Origin: Octopus sinensis
Lineage: Eukaryota
Reading direction: 5' to 3'
Assembly (NCBI RefSeq): GCF_006345805.1
Contig: NC_043003.1
Coordinates: forward strand, 36,580,001-36,644,000
DNA length: 64,000 nt
A program made the position numbers and the translations under genes. Every line of letters begins with the position of its first letter. Positions within the stretch are counted from its first letter, which is position 1. The notes beneath the pieces are model-generated. The model saw nothing but the letters and a program-made list of their open reading frames with translations. It was not told where the DNA came from and ran no database searches. Shown piece after piece: positions 55,007 to 64,000 of this stretch.

Positions 55007-55710
55007 AATATTGGTTTCAAATTGTGGCACAAGGCCAGCAAGTTCAGCGGGTGGGGGTTAGTCGATTACTTCGACCCTAGTGCTTAACTGGTGCTTATTT
55101 TATCGACCTCGAAGGAATGAAATACAAAGTCGACCTCGGCGGAATTTGAACTCAGAATGTAAAGACGAAAGAAATGCCGCTAAGCAATTTTCCCGACGTG
55201 CTTACGATTCTGCTAGATCGCCGCCTTGATTCTATCAAAAATGTATTCTATAGTTTGCTACAGCGATTGAAACAGCAATTTTCGTTTCGAACACATTGCC
55301 TGTCAGCTATCCTAGATATATTACTTAAATTGAAGTGCTACACAATTGATTAATATTGATTTCAGATTTTGGTACAAGGCCAGCAATTTCAAAGAAAAGG
55401 CTAAGTCAATTCTATAGACCCTAGTGCTCAACTGATATTTATTTTTCGGTCCCGAATGGATGAAAGGCATAGTCGACCTCGGTGGAATTTGAACTCAGAA
55501 TGCAAAGACGACAGAAATGCGGCTAAGCATTTTGTTCGACTCTCCCGATTCTGCCAGCTTGTCGCTTTTAATATATTAAACATTAAGCAATTATATTCTA
55601 GAGTTTGCTACAGCGATCGAAACAGCAACGTTTCGTTTCGAATACATTGCCTATCAGCTATCCTAAACTTATTAGTTACATTGAAGTGCTATATAATTGA
55701 TTAATATTGT
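55007..55710 (-). mobile_element. Two SINE family A copies (55007-55228, 55353-55568), each followed by the same ~110-bp flank
   Basis: Family A blocks twice; flank TTCTA.AGTTTGCTACAGCGAT.GAAACAGCAA..ATTGATTAATATTG at ~55246 and ~55596. Confidence 0.85.
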
Positions 55711-56849
55711 GGTGACACTGTTTTCCTTCAATTCTTTACACAAACCATGGAAATTTCCAGAGAAATAACTCTCCCTGTCATTCTCTTTCACAAATCTCAC
55801 TAATGATATTTATCATTTAACATTGACAGGATTTTACTCATACATGAAGGAAACAGCAAAATAGAAAAAATAAAACTACACTAGTTGTGTTTCTTCATAT
55901 TAAATAAAGCACTTAGTGTGCTTCCCTGTTTGAAAAGCTTCACTAGATCTCCACTTCTTTGAGAAAAATAATCCTCATATCTTTCACTAGCTTAAAATTA
56001 TCAGACAATGAACGGAAATGAACGGATTAAAGAAGAAAAAACAAACATACCTTCAATACAAACAAACATTACAAAAAAAATCACAGTACATTTAGAAAGT
56101 GTAACATTTCTGTAAATGAGAAGAATTATTAATAACATAGGAAGAAAACAAACAACATAATGTGAATGTAGCTATAATCTCACATTCATGTGTAGGGAAG
56201 CAACTATGAATACAGCTTTTAAAAGTAAACGTCATTCTGCTTTCTTCATACACAAAATGTTCATTCCAAAACTGATACATTCCACAGATAAATCATATAC
56301 AGTAAATACATAAATGTATTTATTAATATACTTGTGTGCATGTGTAAGTGCTTGTACGTATGTATGCATGTATGTATATATGTATGTATGAATGCATTTA
56401 TGTATGTATTACTTAAGTGCTTATTTTATCGATTACCACTTTAATAAAATTCATATGTGCTGCCAAAACACATTCCCAAATTTAGTGCATATCTGATGTG
56501 AAACGAGACAGCTGCTCAACTACGCGAAACTAACACTTGTAGATATGAACTGTCGTTTCACTCTGTAAATATTCAAATAGATATGAAATGTATACATAAT
56601 TATTTGCATGTGTATTACTTCAGTATGACGGTCTTTTGGGTCTGGATTTCACGTGTCACATAGTCATATTATTACGTCTAGCAGCTGACCATAATATATA
56701 AATGTAAGCTAGTGTCCGAACAGAGTGTTAGACGACTTAGTCTACAACTTAAAAGCTCGTAAAATTATGTAAGCCATCGGAAAGTATTGCCAGAACCGTC
56801 AATTTCTGTTTTCAATATAAGAGTCCTCTGAAATTTTGGATTTGAACAA

Positions 56850-58560
56850 ATGATGAATATCTCTGAGCTTCAACGAGTTTCATCGATTACTATACGCTGT
56901 GTTTTGCTAACCATAAATACTTGTCTAAGTAATATTTGCCAGTGTCATAAGGGAACATTGCCTATTTGGAATATACTCAACAAATGTGGCTGTTTTAGTG
57001 CCGACAGCCGAAGACTCTTCCTAAGATGTGTGAAAAGTGACGTAACCAGCCGGCACACACTCATTCAATTTCCTGCATTGCTCATTTGCGAGTTGGTGTC
57101 AAACAGATGCTGATAATTAGGAACGGATCCGGAAATCAGCCGACACTCCCATGAAAGCCAAAGCATCGCCTTCCTCTCGCAATTAAGAACAGGTATTCTT
57201 CTGTCTTGTAGATATAGCGGGGAACACTGTATTATCGACGCGTTTGAAAGTTTGAGGAACATGTGTTTTCCTCTCATCAAACTCTTAATGTACAATTGGT
57301 GAAAAAAAAATAAAGGAGTGACTGCCACCCTGTAAATTTGATCAAACTCAGCTGTCAGTGACTGGTTTTATGTGTCTAGGTATACCTGCACTAGGTGTGT
57401 AGCCAGCAGTCAAAACTGGGGGAAGAGGTTTGTCTTTAGTTTGCCAGACTGATCTGGTCAAATGTGGGATATTTTACAATTTTATATACCATTCTCTTCT
57501 TGCCTTTATTTTTTATTTGTTATTTTTGCTATCCAAACATTACGTGGTTACTGATTAAATATTGTCTTTATAACTTATCGGTCTCACAAGAGACCGCTCG
57601 CTAATATCGTGGGAAATTTAAATATTTTATACAAACGCGTTTCGGAGTACTGTTAAGGCGGCCCCAAAATGCAAGGCCAGATAAATGACGTTCTCCACCA
57701 TTTTTTATTCTCGCCCTGAGTAGCTCTACTAAAGGCAGTCAAGGAATTATAAAACAGCGTGAAGTGAGATCGGCAGAAAAGCAGTGATACCTTTTCAATA
57801 GCATCAAAGTGGTGTGGATGTGATAATTATTAGCGAGACCAGTTGAACAACTTCTAGAAGACTATGAGGCCTAGACGTTCACACGAATTGATTGTCTGAT
57901 GTTGAGTGCTGCTTCAGGAAATATTAAACATTGATCTAAATACGGTTTTTTCGTGACCCAGAAGGTAATCCGGTTTCCATATAAGTGGGCAGCCGTAAGG
58001 CCGACAACAAGTCGATTAGGTTCTTGAATTATACGCTTCGACTAGAATTGATGAACTACATTTCCTTAAGCGTCGGGAGATATATTCCTAAAAGGATTTC
58101 GCACATCTGTGTCAGTGGCCGATTGGAATTACATTTCGGATGTACGCACGTATTGTGTAGATACAGCCAGTAGGAATAGGTGAAAAGTTTCCGAAGATTT
58201 CTCAACCACTGTCTGAGAGATTTCGCTTTGATTTCCCCAGATTCGTTAATTTGGATTCCGACCTAAATACAAAGTGTCGACTAGGATGTGTTGAGATAGA
58301 ATTTTCATCGGGCTACAAAATAGAGCTAACGTACTTTGTCCACAGTTCTGTTAGTTGGAACCCTGCACGAGAGAAGGCGCGGAACCTACCTGAGATGCCG
58401 TGATGCGGTATGCCCTGAAGCGGTTCTGGGCTTGGTCGCTGCCATGCAGTGTCTTTGCATTAGCAATTTATGTACCTGGTATCGAATAGATGTAGTGGCG
58501 TGCAGAACGTCTCCGACAACCAGAGACATCGGTAGTAAAAATCGACAATCCGCCTTCATT
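56850..58560 (-). mobile_element. Possible very old retroelement relic
   Basis: Microsatellite-free, higher-GC block with only faint RT-like remnants; not classifiable by eye. Confidence 0.25.
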
Positions 58561-59096
58561 TAGACATGAAGGGCGTCTAGTTTCTTATTTTTCGGTTTTG
58601 TCTTTGTGGAGAAGAAAATAATAGAATGAACTCGTGTCAAAGGTTTGGAGACTGGCATTATACTCTCTTTCAAGCTTTTATCAGTTACTATCAACTAACG
58701 ATGAAGACGAGAGTAGTAAGGGAGATGCTGCACTTTTTTTTGCTCACTGGATGGTGGGAGAGAGGTGTGAGACTGACGAGATCGCATGTGTCTAACTTTA
58801 GTTTTTCAAGTAGGAGGAAAAAACAGAGAGAAAACACTTTAATTAATTGCATATAACCAAATATTGCAAGCGTTTATATGAAATTTTCCATAAGACAGCA
58901 CAGGTAATTTTCTCAGATACTGAGGAAAGATTTTGTTAAAAATGTCTTTTTAATATCAATAAATTAGCAAATTCATTTATTGTCCTTTCTACATAAATTA
59001 AATTTTGGTGGAATTTTTAGTCGTCATTGAATTGTTCGCAGAATTTTAGGATCGATCCTGTGATCAATAAAAACACAATACTCACCATCTAAATTG

Positions 59097-59160
59097 ACAT
59101 CATTAGCTACATCATCATCATCATCATCATCATCACCATCATCATCACCATCATTATTAC

Positions 59161-59199
<39 letters not shown>

Positions 59200-59250
59200 T
59201 GATATTGTCATCAACATTGTCAGTTATAGTAATAGTAGTAGTAGTAGCAT

Positions 59251-59345
<95 letters not shown>

Positions 59346-59346
59346 T
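59097..59346. repeat. (CAT)n-(CAG)n-(TAG)n compound microsatellite
   Basis: Direct trinucleotide runs. Confidence 0.95.
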
Positions 59347-60239
59347 CTAAGACAGCGATCTGGCGGTATCTTTAGCACAGTGGGTAAATTGCTGACCAGC
59401 ATTTCGTCCATCTCTACATTCAGCGTTTAAATTCCACTTGAGTTGACTTTCTTTTTCATTATTTCAGTGTCGATACCACCTTTCCCAGTTTAAAATTATT
59501 GTTTCACCCGTTTGGTGCCGTTTGTTGTGTAGAGGTTTGTAATTTGTTACTAAGAGCACCAGGAAACTTCACTGGCGCTCTGTGGTTGTTTTGCCCCATA
59601 AAGAGAAAATATTTTCGCTTCCCACCAAAATACGCTCGGTTGACACCTAAGAACAAGTTCCATTACCAAGCGGTGGCGTACAACTTGGAAGCATTCACAA
59701 AGAAAAGAGTTTTTTCCACCAGACCTCTTACAGCAGAAGACTCCCTCCTCTTTCTTCTTTTACTCCTGTGAGAAATGTGTGTGACGATCGGGCAATGTGG
59801 CGGCGGCAGAGGCAATGCTGACAATAACATTAACAAAAGTAGGGAAGGTGGAGAGGAGAAGGCAAAAGAGATGATTACAGTTCAAAGCCCATATTATGTA
59901 CCAGCTGGCGAGGGAGATGTAATTAGCTGCAGCAGCGGCCAAGAAGGTGGAAGCGACAATAACAGCCGCAGTGGCAGAGACTGAAGATGACTGTAGCGGC
60001 AATAGAGGCGAATTTTGTAGCTATAGAAGCCGCAGAAGCACCAGTAGTACCAACGTTAATAACAAAAGCGGTGTGGAAGGAGGTAGTATTAGCAGGACTG
60101 ATAGTAGCAGCAATGGAATCAGTAACGCCTCTATCAACAGCAACAATATTAAAAGCCCTTTTGCGGACGTTGCCGTCCCTAAAGAACTTTTTGGTTTCTT
60201 CCAAGAGGATAAAGTCTTTAAACTGTCGAATGCGGTTAA

Positions 60240-62165
60240 ATAGAGAAAAACCGATGGGCGAAGGACTGATATGGCGCCGCCCCCAGATACATTACCTGCT
60301 ACAGTCAGAAGAATAATGTCCTATAGGTTCATTAGCATCAAATTTCGGTGTCTCGTAATGGCTACGAACGTCCAGATTTAAGGGGCCATACCCGAAATAT
60401 GGTAGGACATCGGACATATATCGAGGGCAAGGCAGTTTGGTGGGATGGAAGTCATATTTAAGACCAAGTTCCTGGCAATACGGCACTCGGCTGCCGCCCA
60501 CCGTAGTAAGGAGTTCATAGTATTCCCTACATATCTGAGAAGGCCGGCGAAAATTACTATAACAGCAATGCCACCAGAACTAGATTTCTGATGGATTTTC
60601 GCTTGTGTGGTATTGGAGGAGAGTGAAGCTCTCCTGCAGGACAAGAGATCAAGGATGGAGAACTGAACTGGGGTCACCCTGGCTGTACTCGTTCATGTAA
60701 GTCCAGCTAGAGAGGATCCGAGACATTATCTGTCTGCTGATAGGAACAGAGTCAAAATTGTGTATGGAGAGCAGAGAAGCGAGATTCCCTGTCTGTGGAA
60801 TGAAGGATCATCTACAGGTGTTCTACCCACAGAACAGAACCGAAAGGGAAGGAAGGAGAGCTCCAACGCTCATGTCACTGCCACAGCTACAACATCTACA
60901 ACGCGGTAAGAAAAGTGCAGCAACAACAGAAACACGAGGAATACATCACAAGGAAAAAATCACATTGCCAAAATCCACAAAACCAAAATGACGGAGGCGG
61001 TATCGATATCACCAACGCTGGACCCCATCTGCGGCAAAAGGAGCACCTGCAGCACCAGCAAAAGGAGCAGTAACAGAGACAGTAGCAGCAGCATCACCGG
61101 TAGCAGCAGTTCCAACAGCACTACTTCTACCCTTACCATCCACATCGATGAGATGACCATTCTGGGCATCCTTCAACCCAGCTTTTCATCTCAGCCTCTC
61201 TCGAATACACAGGCAACTACAAAAGACACAAATACACCCGCCCACATCCGGGATGGACTCCACAGACTCCGGTTTCTTCATATCTCGAAATGAAGACGAA
61301 GAGATATCCAAAAACCGAAACAAGGGAAATAAGAAAATAACACCTGGTTTCACACCAACCCACACAGTGGATGTCGCAGAGAGCGCCCTCGTAGCAGCCA
61401 CGCCGATAATAGCACCAACTCCGCCAGCTCCAAAGCGTCAACAAAACGCTGTCACCTGGTCATTTCCCTTCTTTCAACTATTTCAGTCCAAGATAGCAAT
61501 TATTAGATAGTTTATATCAATGTTCGTTGTCTGATGTCGTCCTAGCAGCCAATGAGTTCAGATTAATAGGTTTGGCTATGCTAGCCGACAGTAAGACCGG
61601 GTTTTGAACATGTGCACACTACTCACGATTCTTAAAGACTTTGAGGTCTAAATATCACTGGATCGATCTGGAATGACAGACGGGGTACAGTGTTGCTTAG
61701 GAAAGGTCTGGCTCTCGAGTTACAGACGATCTTTCTGGACCCGGATGGTAAGTTGGTGGTCCTGGATGTGAGCAATAGCGAAGGTGGGGCTTTTAAACTA
61801 CTCGCTTTGTACACCCCAACTGGCGTGGGAAAGCTAGACTTCTTCAGCCTTGCATTTTCGGTCTAGTGGGCGACTGAAACGCCACTTTGGACACATGCTT
61901 AGATAGAGTGGAGCTCACAAACCTACTCAGATGCTTCCAATTGGCTGACAGGTACTGACGGGATTTCTCGAAAGCGCCAATGTGGACATGAGCAAGTGAT
62001 ATTGTGTCCTCTCGATTGTATGCAGTATATTTTGTAGGCCTGCAAATGAAAGTAACATACAGTGACCACAATTCAAAGTTGTTGGCTATACAGCCCACAA
62101 ACTTTGGTCTGTACGGTCGACCTACAGACGATCCAGAGCCAGAGCACGGGATACTGAAATAAAGT
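60240..62165 (+). mobile_element. Decayed L1/Tx1-clade LINE: ORF1 zinc-knuckle remnant and ORF2 APE endonuclease
   Basis: VCMESREARFPVCGMKDHLQVFYP (decayed V.EGR..CxxCG..GH....CP). Then VLLRKGL..IFLDPDGKLVVLDV..FKLLALYTP, LVGD*NATLD, SDH and GY*N motifs at 61690-62160. Truncated by a microsatellite; may extend left to ~59500. Confidence 0.8.
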
Positions 62166-62229
62166 TGTATTGTCCCTTTTCGTTCTACCTTATGTCGTTG
62201 TGTCCAATAAAGAAAACATTATTAGTGCT

Positions 62230-62291
62230 GTTATTGTTGTTGTTGTTGTTGTTGTTGTTACTGCTGCTGCTGCTGCTGTCATCAACACCAC

Positions 62292-62323
<32 letters not shown>

Positions 62324-62347
62324 CCATCTTCATCATCATCACCATCT

Positions 62348-62378
<31 letters not shown>

Positions 62379-62641
62379 CATCATTATTATCATCATTATC
62401 ATCATTATTACTATTGTTAATATTAATATTAATATTTGACTTATTATTAATCAATAGATTTTTTTGTTTCCATTAGTTTTTTGATAAATGTATTTTGCCG
62501 CAGCTTTAATCAAGCCATTTCTTTTATTTCTTCAATACGTTGTTTTTTTAAAACTTTTTTTGTTAGATTATTGATGAAGGTGCAGAAGATTATGCAGCCG
62601 ACATTGCTGCTACTGTTCCTGATTATGATGTTCGCGAGGAA

Positions 62642-62694
<53 letters not shown>

Positions 62695-62705
62695 CGTTGA
62701 TGAAC
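62230..62705. repeat. (GTT)n, (CAT)n and (GAT)n microsatellites
   Basis: Direct trinucleotide runs. Confidence 0.93.
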
Positions 62706-63822
62706 TGAAAAAAAAAACAAGACAAAATATGTATAATAAATATAAACAAAAAAGAAACAAATGAAGCGCTAACACATATTTCATTGGTGTTTATTCCTTA
62801 TAGAACAAAGAAAACTTCAACGCAAAACCCGTTACTTTTGCGAATTTAGGAGCATTAGAAAAAGTAACAACGACACAAAAAGTGGGTGTGAGATAACGAG
62901 AGATGTAAAGGAAGAGAACGACCATCTCTGAAAAAAAAATATGTATATTATGTTAATGCTTATTACCAAAAGAGGAATCTGAAAATGATTAATGATGTTT
63001 GACGACTTGATGCCGTAATGAAATAATCTGAAAATATCACTTAAGTAATATGGCAAGTCTTCATAATTTTGATCAAATATACCCAAGGGAAAATGTATAT
63101 TTTCACACGATTGGGAATCAAAACACGTGTACATAAACTAACATAAGAGCAAAATGTTGAATTTAATATATAAATTCGTGGTAAAAACAGAAATTTCTAA
63201 TACCCTATGATTAATGTATAACGGCAAGACGTCTGGCTGAACCTGTGTATATATATATGAGTGCTTGTTTGTGTGGGAGATAGAAAGTCTGTGAGTGTGT
63301 GTATGCCTACGTATGTGTGTGTATGTGTGTGTGTGTGTGTGTGCCTCTGTATATTTAAAGTAATCCGAATAATGGTAAGCAGGTGAACGAACTTCGTGGC
63401 AAACGCTCCATTGTGGTTGAAAAATAATATGAAAGTATTTTGAAGAAATAGAAATCAAGAAAAGAAAAACAATGACATAAATACAGAACTGCTATATTAG
63501 ATTTACGCTCAGAACGTAAAAAAAGATCCCACTAAAGTGTCTGTGATCTGGACTAAATCCATTCATCATTGAAAAAAAAACAAAAAAACATTGCAAGAAC
63601 GAAAACAGAGGGAGCATTTGCATCGATGGTATTAGATGATAGTTTGCAGGAGAGGAGAAAGGGCAAGAAAGGTTTTGAAAAAAGAACTGGTTTTTGAGAC
63701 TTAAAGAGTGAATACGCCTACGATTTGGACTGAATGACTTTCATCAGATAAAAGTTAACAAATAACATTAAAAGAAAGGCGAAATGAGAGAGAATTGTTG
63801 TGTCGAAACGTTATTTGTGCTG

Positions 63823-63930
63823 GTAAGTTAGTTGGATATGAAAGAGCGCTTGGAGAACGAATAACAGAGAAGATGACGGGTGAGTGTCAAATTGTATATG
63901 TATATAAAGCTAGCTTATCTTCGTTTGCAG
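63823..63930 (+). other. Possible short spliceosomal intron
   Basis: TG|GTAAGT donor at 63823 (alternative GG|GTGAGT at 63880) and CTTATCTTCGTTTGCAG|G acceptor at 63930. Confidence 0.3.
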
Positions 63931-64000
63931 GGGAATATACCATTTGCGCTTCTATTGTTGAAACAGCTGTGAGAGACTATCTGCGCTCATGGCTTTCTTT

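Noticed and set aside
55270-55665. Minus-strand CTGA(C/T)AG..GAAAC in the duplicated flank
   Set aside because: The core is CUGANAG rather than CUGANGA, and stem II does not close.
59775-60316. Overlapping Ser/Ala/Gly-rich ORFs
   Set aside because: Low-complexity, short and stop-interrupted; adjacent to the L1/Tx1 relic and more likely part of it than a host exon.

Overview
AT-rich, gene-poor eukaryotic DNA dominated by microsatellites and decayed transposons. The SINE families and composition suggest a coleoid cephalopod such as Octopus (inference). No intact protein-coding gene is supportable; nearly all listed ORFs are translated microsatellites. Recognisable elements are relics of R4/Dong, CR1/Jockey-group and L1/Tx1 LINEs, three tRNA-derived SINE families, a non-autonomous Helitron, and mariner and pogo-like MITEs. 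The main signal is a set of mutually dissimilar non-coding elements embedded in (TA)n tracts. Each carries a type I hammerhead ribozyme motif with a palindromic minimal stem III, arranged as tandem and inverted partial repeats like Penelope pseudo-LTRs or retrozymes. They lie at about 7.0, 30.6 and 36.6-37.3 kb (three copies, 485-nt monomer), with a U3-A8 compensatory core variant at 39.1 kb related to a 540-bp fold-back at 28.5-29.8 kb. There is also a degenerate HDV-like ribozyme candidate, a GAA/TTC-extended inverted repeat, and several (TA)n-bounded tandem duplications. All folds were read by eye and are untested.
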